From Octopus sinensis (Eukaryota): a stretch of DNA of 64,000 nucleotides. Under the pieces are notes generated by a model. It was not told the origin of the DNA. It searched no databases and worked only from the letters and a program-made list of their open reading frames with translations. The stretch lies in the NCBI RefSeq assembly GCF_006345805.1, contig NC_043009.1, positions 1,922,001 through 1,986,000 on the forward strand. The letters run 5' to 3'. Below, one piece after another: positions 38,666 to 53,084 of this stretch. Made by a program: the position numbers and the translations under genes. Positions within the stretch are counted from its first letter, which is position 1; each line of letters starts with the position of its first letter.

Positions 38666-38666
38666 C

Positions 38667-38721
<55 letters not shown>

Positions 38722-38751
38722 TGATGATGATAATAATAATAATAATAATAA

Positions 38752-41700
38752 CCTCCCAAGAATCAAAATAAACGAAATAACAACACCAATTATAAACAGC
38801 ATAAACCTAGCCGTCACTGAACTGATAGCCACTGAAACAAAAAAAAGTGATATCACTGAGCTAAATGACTTAATATACGCAGCAGCCACTAAAGCCACAA
38901 AAGAAGCTGGATACTCACCCAAACCCGCCCAAACAGGAGTACCACCACCCAAACAAACCCTGTGGATAAATAACATCCAAAACAAAATAAAAATAATTAG
39001 AAAAGACCTGTCGATTCTTAATGAAATCAGCAAACAATCAACGCTACTGAGCAACAAAAAGAGAACAAAAATACTCCGCAATATACATCACAGAGAAAGA
39101 TTTGCCTGAGATAAAAGAAAATCTGAAGCAAGATATCCTTGCCAAAGCACAAAGGATCCGCCGGTACGAGAAACGCCAACGCTTCTTTGAACAAAACAAA
39201 AAGTTCAACTCAACCCCAAAAGTTCTACCAAGAACTGGGCAAAAATAAAATAAATAGAAGTCACTGCAGCACCAACGGCAGAAGAATTGGAAGAATTCTG
39301 GAGAGAAATATGGTCGGCGAACGAAGAACCAAAAAAAAAGAAGTATCAAAATAATAAAACGGCATCTGAACAACTTTGGACCCCCATAACAACTGAAGAG
39401 GTCACCCAGGCACTGCAAAGACTAAGCAACTGGAAGGCACCTGGGCATGACAAGATCCCCAACTTCTGGTTGAAATATCTAACAGGAATGCACAAAAAGC
39501 TGGCTGAAAACTTTAACAACATACTAGCAGAGCAAGAGACAATGCCTGAATGGCTCACGAAGGGGAAAACCATCTTAATTCCCAAATCATGAACAGAAAG
39601 AAAAACCAGAAAACTACAGACCAAAACCTGCCTCCCTACTATGTTCAAGGCATTTACTGCAGTGATATCGCAAAGGTTGAACAAGCACCTGGACGAAAAC
39701 AAACTGTTCCCAGAAGAGCAGAAAGGATGCCGTAAAGGCTCATATGGCTGTAAAGATCAACTAATGATTAATAAAGCCAAACTGAAGACAGCCACAGAAG
39801 AAGAAGGCCTCAGTATGGCCTGGATTGACTACAAAAAGGCGTTTGATAGTATCCTCCACACATGGATCCTCGAAACACTAGCCATTAACAAAGTAGCACC
39901 AACAATCATAAAATTCATAGAGCACTCTATGAATAAATGGCAAACAGTCCTACACCTCCAAAAAAAAAAAGGGACTCATGTAAACCAAAGACATCCCCAT
40001 TAGAAGAGGAATATTCCAGGGAGACACGCTCTCTCCACTCCTTTTCTGCTTGGCACTGTCACCTCTATCTGATATACTAAATAGAACTGGATGCGGATAT
40101 AAATGTTACGGCAAAACGATCAGCCACCTTTTATATATGGATGACCTAAAACTATACGCTGCAAATGACAAACAGCTGGAAACACTATTAAAGACAGTTC
40201 ATGGATTTACCAAAGAAATAGATATGAAATTTGGATTAGAAAAATGCGCCAAGAACATGAAAAGAGGAAAACTAGTTAAGAGTAACAACATCACACTAGA
40301 TAAAATCAATGAAATAAAAGAATTAGACCAAAGCCAAACTTACAAATACTTAGGAATCCATGAACTAGATAAGACACAACACACACAAATGAAAGAGAAA
40401 ATAAAAAAAGAATATTATAGACGAGTTAGATCAATACTAAAAACAGAGCTCAATGCTAAAAACAAGATAATAGGTATCAACACTTTAGCTGTCCCAGTTA
40501 TAAGTTACAGCTACAATATCCTTAACTGGACACGAAATGAACTGACCAAAATAGATAGGAAAACAAGAAAAATAATGACAGGATCTAGGATGCATCACCG
40601 AAAATCTGACATAGAAAGACTATATATACAACGTATAGAAGGTGGTAGAGGCCTTATACAGCTGGAAAACTACTATAAAATAACCACCATAGGACTGCAA
40701 GATATCTACTTCAGAAGGAAGGAAAACTGATCCAGATAGCGGCAAAACACGAGCAAAACAAAAACTGTTCTCAGTATTTAAGGAAGCTGACAAATACAAA
40801 CAAGAAATCATACCACTTAATAAACATGAAGAAGAAGAAAGAAGAAGAAGAAGAAGATGAAGAAGAAACAACAAAAGCTATAAAACAAATGAAATCCAAA
40901 CTAAAAATAGAACAGCAACGAACCATGATAAAACGATGGCAAGAAAAGCCCCTTCATGGTAAATACTGGACTAAACTAAACGCAAAAGAAATAGACAAAG
41001 AAAAAATCCCAGCAATGGTTGAGAAGCTCAGGACTCAAAGCAGAAACAGAGGGATTTTTAATTGCAGCACAAGACCAAAGCCTCCCCACCAGAAATTACC
41101 AAAAACATGTAATGAAAAGAAATATTACAAGTAACTGCAGAATATGTGGAGATGGACAAGAAACAATAAATCATATTTCTCTAGCTGCCCAGTCCTGGCT
41201 AAGAAGGAATATATTCACAGACATGACAGAGTTGGAACCTACATACATTGGAAGCTATGCCAACATTATGGAATAACACAGAAAAAAGATGGTATAGGCA
41301 CACACCAGAAAAGGTCACAGAAAACGAGAAAGCAACCATACTCTGGGATATGCCAATACATACAGATAGAGAAATTAAGGCCAACAGACCAGATATAGTT
41401 GTCAGAGATCATGAAGAAAAATGCTTTCTAATTGATGTATCAATACCGGAGATGACAACGTGTCTCTAAAAGAAATGGAGAAACTCTCAAAATACAAAGA
41501 CCTGGAAATAGAGGTAACTAGAATGTGGAATCTGAAAACAGAAACAATTCCTATCATAGTAGGTGCATTAGGCATGATAAAAAAATATTCAGACAAATAC
41601 ATAACAAAAACACCAGGACTTACAACACATATAACATACAGAAAATTGCACTACTAGGCACTGCACACATCCTACGCAGACACTTTCCATACAATAACCA

Positions 41701-41796
41701 TCAGAGCATCACAACAAATCACAGCATATACCCAAGGCACACAGAGTGCGCTCGTAGTGAAGTGAAGTGAAAGCACGCTATAAAAAAAAACTACTG
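38752..41796 (+). mobile_element. 5'-truncated R4/Dong-type LINE (RT, CCHC finger, RLE), frameshifted pseudogene, within (AAT)n
   Basis: KAPGHDKIPNFWLK, TCLPTMFKAFT, EQKGC, WIDYKKAFDSI, RGIFQGDTLSPLLFCLAL, SHLLYMDDLKLYA (~40120-40160), YKYLG, CRICG..ETINHI..CPVLA, HRHD, ANRPDIVV..IDVSIP, KLSKYKDLEIE..IVGALG. Multiple frameshifts. (AAT)n on both flanks. Confidence 0.92.
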
Positions 41797-42068
<272 letters not shown>

Positions 42069-42536
42069 TAAACAAGCAGAGCCGTCCCATAATGTCAACG
42101 TACGAACTCGTCATGCGTTAATGGTAACAAAGCAAAATATAAACCGGATCGGCCATCACCCGAGTCAACAAGGGCCGCGCACCCAGGTGAGGAACTAGAC
42201 TGGGTACGAAAAATTTGCTATTCGTTCAAATCTTATCGAAACGCATATATATATGTATTTATTAATCGGTGTGCATTCAAAGCAGTGATTAGTAAATTCA
42301 CGAAACCGGTATGCTTTTGAATCTCTTTAACCATTCGCAATAAGGACTTTTATTATTTTTATTCCAATCTCAGTTCAAGTAATTGTATTTATCTATCGTT
42401 ACTTTTCATAAGAAGCCTTTACCTTTTTTGATTTCCAATGTGTATTTTTCGCTTATTTTTCTTCATACTTTTCCCTTACATTTCCACGTGTAGTTTCTAT
42501 TTTCTTTTTGTAACATATTTCTATTTCATATATATA

Positions 42537-42579
<43 letters not shown>

Positions 42580-43066
42580 ATATATATGTGTGTGTGAGCG
42601 CGCGTATGTGTTTGAGCGTCTGTATACTCCTGCATACGTGTGATAAATATGCCTACATAGATTAAGAATTGCTTTTTAATTACCCACACTTCCAGCAATT
42701 TTGAAGGGAGGGGTTAATCGATTCCTCCGCATAAGTACTTCACTGACGCTTGTATAAAACCTGAATCGATGAAAGACTAAGTCGACTGCGGCGTTAATGA
42801 CCTCTGTACTGCAACTATACAAATCACATGTTATTTGCCCGCCACCACCGTTCCATTGCGTCTCTCCTTAATGGTAATTAATGGAACACGTGCCTCGTAA
42901 ACTTCTTAAAATTGTCCTCGTTTTCTATGTTAATGCTTGCATGTATACATCTTCGTAATTTATAAACTTTCATAATTCATACATCTTTATAAATTTATAC
43001 ATCTTCTATAATTTCAGGTTCTTCATGATTTATACATATTCAGTAATTAAGCATTTTTATATCTAA

Positions 43067-43515
43067 CTAGCAGTATAGCCCGGCGTTGCTCGGGTTTGTT
43101 TCCCTAGTAGCGCTTAAAACGGCAGACTTTGATGTCGCTTTAACAAAGTTTTGACATAGTTTCAATCCTTTTTGAAAAGTAAAAATTTTGCATTATGTAG
43201 CTTTTTATTCTCTTTAAGTGAACATTTTTCTGGTTGAAATACACCGAAAAATGGCGACACAGCAGTAAAAAAATCGTAAAAATAGGGATTTTCATAGAAA
43301 AAAGCACCTTTTTGATGTAAATAATTTTTGGTGTTAACATGGTCCGATTTGAATATTTTCTTCTACGGAATGAAGAGCAAGCCTTTTGTCATACACTCAA
43401 TTTTGGTCAACTTGCGCCGCAGGGTCTCGCAGGAGACAGTGTTAGTTGAAGGCTACTAAACCTGCTACACACAGACTCACACACACACAGACAACTTCAG
43501 CTTTATATGTATAGA
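43067..43515 (-). mobile_element. 449-bp non-autonomous Helitron
   Basis: Minus strand A|TCTATACATATAAAG..(TG)n..CCCGAGCAACGCCGGG (hairpin)..CTGCTAG|T: 5'-TC, 3'-CTAG, subterminal hairpin and AT target. Confidence 0.85.
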
Positions 43516-44039
43516 TTTTCATAAATTTCATAATTTCATAATTGATATCGTAAATTTCCTAATTAATATAATAAATTTCCTAAATTTCATAATTAAATAT
43601 CATGGTTCATTATATTCTCGATATCATTTATGTCTTGACCAATTCCATTATTAAAGTAGTTTAAAGCATAAATTGTTTCGTTACATAACGGTTTCCATTT
43701 TTGTCATTGAGTGCTTTCGATAAATACAATTCTTTAAAGCGTAACACCGAAAGAAATATCTTTCATTTGTTCCATAGACAACATTGTTGATAGCCTAATT
43801 CTCGAACAATCAACGGCATTCATGAATCTGTGGAATTTCGGAATTGAAGAAAATATTTTTATTTCTATTTTGAGGCATTAATTTCTGGATTTTTCGTGCC
43901 ATTGTTTATTGTATTGTTTAAAAAAATGTTTCTGTTATGTCTCTAGTCGTGTGCTCCATCTTATATAAAGCGGTTTAGAGAATAACACAGGGACACATAA
44001 ACATCTTGTGAAGTGTAATAATGTTATAGAGAGATAGAT

Positions 44040-44510
44040 TAATAGATAGATATATGCATACATATGTAAATGGACAAGCAGCTAGGTTAATGGATAGATA
44101 AACTGATAGATTGAAAGACACATTCATAAATGGACAGGCATGGATAAATAGACAGACAGTTAGGCAGATAGAGAAACAGGCAAATAGATAATCAGAATGA
44201 TAGAAAAATCTACGGACACTTCAATAGAGGCAGATATATTAATAAACAGGCAGAGAGATAAACGGATTGAGGGTAAGACAGAGATATACAAACATAAAGG
44301 TAGACAGACAGATAGACTGATGGATTGATGGATAGTTAGATAGACAGATGACAAACTGACAGCTACAGAAATACAGAGATAGATAGACAGGCAGAGAGAA
44401 GGATAGATTGGCAGACAGACATACTGTTAGAAAGAAATATAGATCGATAAATAAGCAAGCAGTTAGATAGACAGAGAAACTGCAAGCTAGCTAGATAGGT
44501 GGATGGTTTC
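44040..44510. repeat. Decayed (GATA/GACA)n tract
   Basis: Visible degenerate tetranucleotide periodicity. Confidence 0.8.
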
Positions 44511-46423
44511 TAACATCGGCAACAGATCATAGCTTTTTGAGAAAAGAGTATAATCGAGCGAATTTGGGAGCAGAGCTTTAGTCGATTAAATCTAGCTCTT
44601 TGTCATCTCTGTTATACAACGCCATAACTATTAATAATAATGTAAACAGCAACAATATTTCTGCACTTGGAACCATAGAATGCAACGAAATATAGAATAT
44701 TCATATTTAACCTCTTAATCTCGTTGCCAGTGTGTATCTGCATACAACAGAGAATAGTTACAACGTTATTTATGACAACAATCAATGTTAAGGTTTATGC
44801 TGTTATCATTTTCTCTCCAGTTAAACCGTTCAACTGCCTCGACATTTTAAAATGGAGGTAGCTAACTGCTGTTATTTCCATAAAGATATTCAGACTCAGC
44901 TAAAACAGTACGATTTTCCGATATACGATTTAATATTAACTATATATGAATCCCATCTGCAGCATTTAGTAGTCACTTTTAAAAGCATTATTTGGAGGTA
45001 GGCTAGATACTTAATAGGACCTCCAATTTTTATAGTTTATCGATTTTTTCGTAGCAAAGGACTGATTTATGTATATTATTTCCAACCTCTATTGGTCACT
45101 ATTCAAACAAGCAAACTATGGAGTTATAGTTTAAAGTTTCGGAAAGTTCTAGTCATATATTGAATTATATATTTTTTCTCATGTCTCACACTCTAAACTT
45201 ATTTTGCTGTATAGATATACTTTACTTTAGATCCGGTTTAAACTAAGATCAGGGTTTTGAACTGATTTATAAATTAGCTACAGGACCAAAGACATCAGCG
45301 AGAATGCATTTAGTGGAAAAAATGACTCCAATATATATAATTAAAAATAATCGTGTAGTAAATAAACAAACGAACATATAGGAAATACGCAGGCAGAGAG
45401 AAAACATAGAAGGTCACCAGTTCTTCATCAGATATCGGCCAGAGTAGTTAAACGCAATTTCTTCCATTATCGATAATATTGCTTCCACTCTGGAGCCACC
45501 GACAACAAACTTGCAGGGAATGGGACCTAAACTTAAGAAAACGAAACGGGTTCGAGACGAGACAAAACAATAAATAGAATGGGGGACAAAACAATAAATA
45601 GAATAAAGGCTTAGGGTCGCAATTAATAATGATAATATCAATTAATAATAATACATACATAACGTAAAACCTTGAGGCTGCAAGACAAAACAGAAATGGG
45701 TAACGCGAAGGAGAAATGAAAACTGTTATAAAGGACTTTACACAGGTGTGGGTAGAGTTCGGAGCTCGGAAAATCGTATCCAGTACGGTCGAAGGCAACA
45801 CGAACAAGAATTACACCGCCTTACGTCGTCACAGGTCACGTGATTGTGGAAGGAGCGTAACAGAGAAACAGAGAGAGAGACAGAAAGGGAATTAAGAGAA
45901 GCAGAGGAAAGGAAAGAGACAGAATGGCACAAAAAAATTCCAAGAATATTTTTACAAATGGGTAAAAAGTTAAGGAGAGTCTGCGTTACATAATTGATAT
46001 TTTCAGGATTAAACAAAAAGACAACGTCTGGTTATTTAATCCAAACAGTTTCGGTCGACCAAATTTATTCACAAGGCAATATAAGCGCTTACAATGAATT
46101 ATCTATATTCAATATTAAACCATAGATACCATTAAATGCCATTCGACCTTATCGTTGCATTGTTAACTGCAGTCTTTATATATGACATAAATGCATCACC
46201 ATATGATTGCCATTGCTTGTGTCGGCGGGCAAGCAAAGAGATACTCGGCCACATATCATTTGTGTGTATTTGTAGGCATGCGTATTTCATGCATTGGTTC
46301 GGAGTGTCTGTGCGCGAGCGCATACACACATATTTATAGAAAGATTATGCATACATGTAAGTATACATGCATTTATGTATGTTAATTACACACACACACA
46401 TATAAATATATATACTTTCGTGT

Positions 46424-46493
<70 letters not shown>

Positions 46494-46778
46494 TATACTT
46501 ACACACCCACACATCTAAATATATGTTCACTAATATTTCACTAGTATGAGAATATATATATATATATATATATAATGTATTGATTTTTTCGATTTCCAAT
46601 ATGAGTGGGCGCAGTTTGTTGAATTTTGTCGAATGGATTTTCAAACATTAAAAATTTAACAATACTTATTATTTATCTACGCTGTATCTGTATACATACA
46701 TATATACTTACATAATGCATACATATGTTTATATATATATGTGCATATATGTTGTATGTGTGCGTGTGACTGTGTGGA

Positions 46779-46781
<3 letters not shown>

Positions 46782-46870
<89 letters not shown>

Positions 46871-46879
46871 CATCTATCC

Positions 46880-46967
<88 letters not shown>
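46782..46967. repeat. (TATC)n microsatellite
   Basis: Visible. Similar tracts at ~50560-50690 and ~61177-61275. Confidence 0.95.
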
Positions 46968-46968
<1 letters not shown>

Positions 46969-47712
46969 GCAACCGTATACAAACTCACAGAGATGCACAT
47001 TGGTAAACTGGTGGCGAGATAGATATGACTTTTACGTGACTGTATTCAGAAGTGAGTGTAAGTTAGTGTAAATAAATTTATTATTTTTTCTGCAGATCTC
47101 TTATCTGTTTTTACAGAATATGAAATATCCTGAAGAAGAAAGGGGGAAAAAATTATCTCTAGCATTTGAAACCCATTGTTATCAATATGTGGAGATTGAG
47201 GGAAGTTATGATATATTTCAAAAAGTGCCGTGCAAAATGTTTTCTTAATATATGCATAGAAAGAAAACAAGAACATTCGCGCTCGCCTTTATTCTTTTAC
47301 ACACGCACACAAAAACGTCCTCAAATTTACAAACATTCGCTAACTTACAAATACACGCGCTTAAACAATGAAAAAATGTTTGCTTGTTTGCAACATTGGT
47401 GGTATATAACTTACTACCAACAATGCTAAAAAGAAAAGCATTATATATAGAAAATAAGCATTTATTGTACTTAACATTTCAACGTTGAATGATCGTGGCA
47501 TAATTTTTTAAGCAAATCATTTTCGCTGCATTTAGAAGATTTTTTTTTGCCGTGCACTTTCGCCATTTTATATTAAAATGCTATATTATTTTGCTATTGC
47601 GAAAAAAAAACCAAGAAACAAAAAAGAAAACAAAACAATGTGAAACAGTTTTAGATGCGTTATTTCAAAGGGAGTGGTACACACAGAGATGCACACATAC
47701 ACACATGCGCAT

Positions 47713-47754
<42 letters not shown>

Positions 47755-49103
47755 ACATACATACATGCACACACAAATGCATTAGAAATACACACATATG
47801 TATATAAGTATATATATATGTGTATATATATATATTTATATATATATTATATATATATATATATAGACATATAATTATATATATTATATATATTTGAGAG
47901 CGTGTATATGCTATATGTATTTCAATGTATATACATGTATAAACACCCACACACACACGCTCACACACACACACATACACACATTATAAACAAATATTTA
48001 TAAATTCAAGGACGTGTGTGTGTGTGATAGAATATATCAAACTAGTTTGATTGTCAGTTTTGCAGGTAATTCCTGGAATTAATCCATTTAATAGCGTGCA
48101 AGTTATCTCCCTTGGATTCATGTTCTAAAATACACCTTGTATTGTTACATATTTTATTAATGTAAATTTTATTTCCGTTAAGAAATAACTGTTATATGAT
48201 CAATCAGACATATATATGAGAAATAGATCTCTATCTACAACTCACTATGTTGGGCTATTTTCATTGGTCAAGTCATATCAGGTGATCAAATACTTTGCAA
48301 GCGGAACGAATAGGTGGTTGGACTGCATATGGCGTATCGGGAAATGTTTACGGATGATAATCTTTAATCAAACTGCAACTATTTTACAGCTCTCCTTGTA
48401 CCTGAAAACTCTTGATTTGAGAGAATATCTCATGACGGCAACTAAACATAGTATTTCTAAAATTGTAATGCAAATAAGGTTTATACTGCAAACGTGAGTC
48501 AGCGAAGTCGGTGTTATTGCATGAGTGAAGGCTTAAGATCATAAGGAGAATGCTTAGTGGAAAGTAAAAGTCGACAAAACGGGTATTTCAGGAGACAGAA
48601 GATAGAGAAACAAAATTAAAGAGAAGAGATGAGAAGAAAGAAGAATCTAGAAAGTGTAGGTGCATTTCGATGAAAAAAAAAAACGATAGGAAGAGGAAGT
48701 GAAGAAAAACAAAGACGAACGTATGAGAAAAATGCCCTTTAAAAGTAAAGAGGAATGTAATAAGTGCGGTCCGGAAGGTGTGCGTTCCACTTCCAATATT
48801 AACTTGCGTATGTGATGGCATGTTGCGAAGAATTCACTCTTCCTGTCTTCTCCTGTCGTCACATACTGTGTTTGTCATACTTTCCCTTCTTTCCGCCTTG
48901 AAATAAAAACTATTCTATATCTCAAACATTTAAACCAAAATTCATTATGGAATGTAGTGTGAGATTCAGCGACTATCTTTAATTTTAATATCAAGTTTTA
49001 TTTCAATTTGAGAATCATATCTTCGTTGTACAGATTTCATTCTTTGCTAAAGAAATGGCCGAAATTTGCCGCGGAACTTTGATTATTTTGTATCAAGCCC
49101 TGG

Positions 49104-49448
49104 CTATGCTCTTTTAACTTTCATAGTCTCACGTTGGAAACTACGTGCTGAGTGTGTTTCTAGGTTGGTAATAGAAGTAGATCTTGATGTGAATCGAGAA
49201 ACAAAACTGCGAAGCCTCTCCCCTGTTCTCATAATAGCCTTCCGGATTTGTTTGGGGATGCTTTCATTTTGCCACGCAATACTCGAATTTGATTTTGTAA
49301 CACGGTTGGTTCTTAAAACTGAATTTGTCATGGGCGCCTGGTTGGCAATCGTAAACTGATCGGCTCTGGAATATTGCATTCTTTGTAGATAGTTGTAAAA
49401 ATCAAATAAAGACCGAATCATCTCGTCTTCGTTTTTATCCATTTTCAA
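49104..49448 (-). CDS. Candidate non-repetitive ORF or terminal exon (112 aa from ATG), product unknown
   Basis: MDKNEDEMIRSLFDFYNYLQRMQY..RLRSFVSRFTSRSTSITNLETHS..KVKRA*, in unique sequence. AATAAA (-) at 48997-49002. No recognisable domain. Confidence 0.25.
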   Translation of the reverse strand: MKMDKNEDEMIRSLFDFYNYLQRMQYSRADQFTIANQAPMTNSVLRTNRVTKSNSSIAWQNESIPKQIRKAIMRTGERLRSFVSRFTSRSTSITNLETHSARSFQRETMKVKRA

Positions 49449-49556
49449 AACAAGGAATATCTTGTCTTGTCTCTTCTACAACGCTAAGTTCTTTACTTTG
49501 TTTAAACATTCGTTGTGACGTCACGAGATAAAAATCATTATGTATAGATGTATATG

Positions 49557-49627
<71 letters not shown>

Positions 49628-49974
49628 TCACTATACATCATTATTCAAAACGATTTACGTAAGCATAAATATATACATGCATGCATAGACACCACACACA
49701 CACACGTTTATATATTGCGTGTATGTTTTCATGAATGTGTGTGTGTGTGTTTGCGTCTAATGTATATGGATGTGTATTTTTGTACACACACACACAAACG
49801 TACACATTCAAACATATACGTACATACTCACACGCATAACCTAATTGAATACTCATACAAATAATATTAGCAGAAAAAGACAGAAAATACAAATAAAAAT
49901 ACCGTAATAAATAAGGACTTGCTATATTAGTTTTGTTTTTTATATTAAAACTAACATTTAATCCAACGAGCAAG

Positions 49975-50528
49975 CAAATTTGTCAGCGCGTCGGACTAAA
50001 TGCTTAGCAACATTTCGTCCGTCTTTACATTCTGAGTTAAAGTTCCTGGTAGGCTTTTCCTTTTCCTTTCATCCTTTTCGGGGTCGATAGAATAGGTGCC
50101 TATCAAATACTGTGGTCAATATCATGACAAGCATACCCCAACCCGAAACAAAAATCCGGCTTTGGGCCTGTAGTAGAAAGAATATTCGTCTCAAATTTTG
50201 GTACAAGGCCAGCAATTTCGGGGAACGGGGGTAAATCGGTTGCATCAACGTCAGTGTTCAACTGGAACTTATTTTATCGTCTCCGAAAGGATGATGAGCA
50301 AGGTCGACCTCAGCGGAATTTGAACGCAGAACGTAAAAACGGACGAAATGCCGGTAAGCATTTTGGTCGGCGTGCTAACGGTTCCGCCAGCTCGCCGTCT
50401 TATTCAGTTCTATATATTGATTTCAAATTTTGGCACAAGGCCAGCAATTTCAGGGAGAGAGGGTAAGTCGATTACGTTGACCCCAGTGCTCGAATGATAC
50501 TTATTTTATCGACCACGAAAGGATGAAA
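49975..50528. mobile_element. Cluster of three family-A SINEs (49975-50172 +, 50186-50400 -, 50417-50528 - partial)
   Basis: Family-A motifs. Confidence 0.8.
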
Positions 50529-50600
50529 GAACGGATTTTATGCATATATGTACGTCTGTCTATCTGTTTATCTGTCTGTCTATGTATGTGTGTATGTGTG

Positions 50601-50667
<67 letters not shown>

Positions 50668-50704
50668 ATATCTATATATCTATCTATCGCTATATTGTTT
50701 TTGT

Positions 50705-51003
50705 TTGTCCCTTCTCGAGCCACGTCTGGATCATAAGGGCCGGTTTCTCGGTCACCTTGGCGTATAGGTCCCCCACCTGGACGGGACGCCGGTCCATCAC
50801 TGGAGAGCTGCAAAATGCAGGCGGAAACAGTGAGAGAAAGTTGTGGCGAAAGAGTCAGCAGAAGTTCTGCCATTACCTTCTGCCGGAACCGCGTGAAGCT
50901 TAGGTGTTTCGCTCATAAACTCACACATCGCCCGGTCTGAGATTCCAACCCGTGATCCCTCAACCGCGAGTCCGCTGCTCTATCTACTAGGTCATGTGCC
51001 TCT
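50705..51003 (-). mobile_element. Family-C-related SINE with a variant V-like tail
   Basis: C-type head at the right end. Tail contains GATGGACCGGCGTCCCGTCCAGGTGGGG (-). Confidence 0.75.
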
Positions 51004-51088
51004 ACTATCTATAGCTATATGCATGTTATATAAGTGTTTCTCCAAGTGCGTGCGACTGAGCGCGTATAAACACGCATATATTTAAAGA

Positions 51089-51407
51089 CTCCGCCGGTTA
51101 CGACGATGAGGGTCCCAGCTGATACGATCAACGGAACAGCTTGCTCGTGAAATTAACGTGCAAATGGCTGAGCATTCCACAGACACGTGTACCCTTAACG
51201 TAGTTCTCGGGGATAATCAGCGTGACACAGAGAGTGACAAGGCTGACCCTTTTAAATACAAGTACAACTCATTTTCGCAGCTGAGTGGACTGGAGCAACG
51301 TGAAATAAAGTGTCTTGCTCAAGGACACAACGCGTCGCCGGGAATCGAACTCACAACCTTACGATCATGAGCCGAATGCCCTAACCACTAAGCCACGCGC
51401 CCTCACA
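51089..51407 (-). mobile_element. Full-length family-D SINE
   Basis: GGGCGCGTGGCTTAGTGGTTAGG..GAGTTCGATTCCC, GTGTCCTTGAGCAAGACACTTTATTTCACGTTGCTCCAGTCCACTCAGCTG (CORE-like), then the same tail as C type 1. Confidence 0.85.
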
Positions 51408-51741
51408 AACACGCATATATACGCTCACACATCTGTCGTACTTGTCCGTGTGAGAATACTTATTTATATGTAATCTCTGTTATCGACATGCTATATATTT
51501 ACTACTCTTAGTCTATCACCAACGTGACGAGATTTAGCATGGCTGTCAAAATATGCTCTGAGCTGTCTTTTACGTTACTCCTCCGCTTTTCAGATAATAT
51601 TACTGCATGTCCTTCATCTTTCGTTTTGTGTTTTATTTGCAATTTCTCATACTTTCTCTCTTTCTCTGCTAGAACTATATACATACACGTGTTTGCTTTT
51701 AGATTTGCATAGAATAGTAATGCTTTATCGGCTCTAATTCT

Positions 51742-51816
<75 letters not shown>

Positions 51817-52259
51817 ATGTATGTATATATATGTGTGTGTGTGTATAAGACGTTTTGTGAAGGCTGTTTCATCACGCAAACATCTAAAGCTGTAAAATAT
51901 TAGATATTGACAAGATGGCCAGCAGAACTTTACATACATATATGTTAGTACATATACACATATACCCACATGCACAAACACAACTACCCATTTATATATA
52001 CATACAACGTTCCCCTCATATATATATATATATATTATATATATATATATATGTATGTTTACATATGCTACATAAATGCGTACGCATCTTTTTATGCACC
52101 CACACGCCACCATATGCACACACATGTATGTATGTGTGAGTGTCAGCGTGTGTGTTTTAACGCGTTTACGTATATAAGTATGTAAATATTTAACAGAAGC
52201 AACGATTTCAATGTTTCTCTCCAAAGCACAAGGTTAGGGAATATTGTACTGGACGAAAT

Positions 52260-52305
52260 TGTAACAGATACTCATGTAACAGATACTCATGTAACAGATA
52301 CTCAT
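52260..52305. repeat. Perfect 15-bp tandem repeat x3 (GTAACAGATACTCAT)
   Basis: Directly visible. Confidence 0.95.
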
Positions 52306-52431
52306 GCCTCGTATGCTATCACTGATGTCCGAAAGAAAAGTTAAAAGCCAATATAGCTAGGAGCTGGTACCGTTGCAGCTGATGACGCTTGAACGCGAAG
52401 AATCAATACGAATATATATATATATATATAT

Positions 52432-52636
52432 TTGCTCTAGGAATAAGGCCCGAAAATTATGAGGTGGGGGGGGGGCAGTCGATTGAATCGATCACAGTAT
52501 GTAACTGGTACTAAATTATCGACCCTGAAAAGATGAAAAGCAAAGTCAACCTCGGTGGAACTTGAACTCAGAAATTAATGACAGATGCAATACCGCTACG
52601 TATTTCACGCGGCGTGCTAACGTTTCTGCCAGCTCT
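52432..52636 (-). mobile_element. Family-A SINE
   Basis: Family-A motifs. Confidence 0.8.
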
Positions 52637-52639
52637 CAC

Positions 52640-52925
52640 TGTCCTGTTCTTGTTACCACTTTCACCCTCCGCAAAAAATTTCAAATTTTATTAAATTTGC
52701 TTTGCAGGAAGGTCTATTTTAAGTCGTGTCTTGTCCTTGCCCTCGGACCGCGGAGTAGTTGTAACAAGGACAACTGAAGGGGAATATTCTTTAATTCTTT
52801 ATGTTGTATGTTTCGTTTCTCTGTTTTTTTCGCTGTTCGCAAAAAAGTTCGTTTCTATGTTTTTATTTATATGTTTTCGTTTCTCATTGTATTCAATGTT
52901 TTTTTGATGGCCTGTACCCATATAT
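52640..52925 (+). mobile_element. Second copy of the 36715-37030 repeat
   Basis: Shared sequence blocks in opposite orientation. Confidence 0.6.
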
Positions 52926-52976
52926 GCATGTTTATATACTTATATATGTAGGTATGTATATATATGTATGCATACA

Positions 52977-53084
<108 letters not shown>

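Noticed and set aside
42075-42180. Plus-strand open frame ending at CAG|GTGAGG
   Set aside because: No pyrimidine-rich acceptor. It could equally be a minus-strand retroelement tail ending in (ATT)n.
45405-45435. Minus-strand CTGATGA-AGAA..TTCT stem
   Set aside because: No GAAA follows the stem.
52260-52305. Possible CRISPR-like repeat
   Set aside because: Three contiguous 15-mers with no spacers, in eukaryotic DNA with no cas genes.
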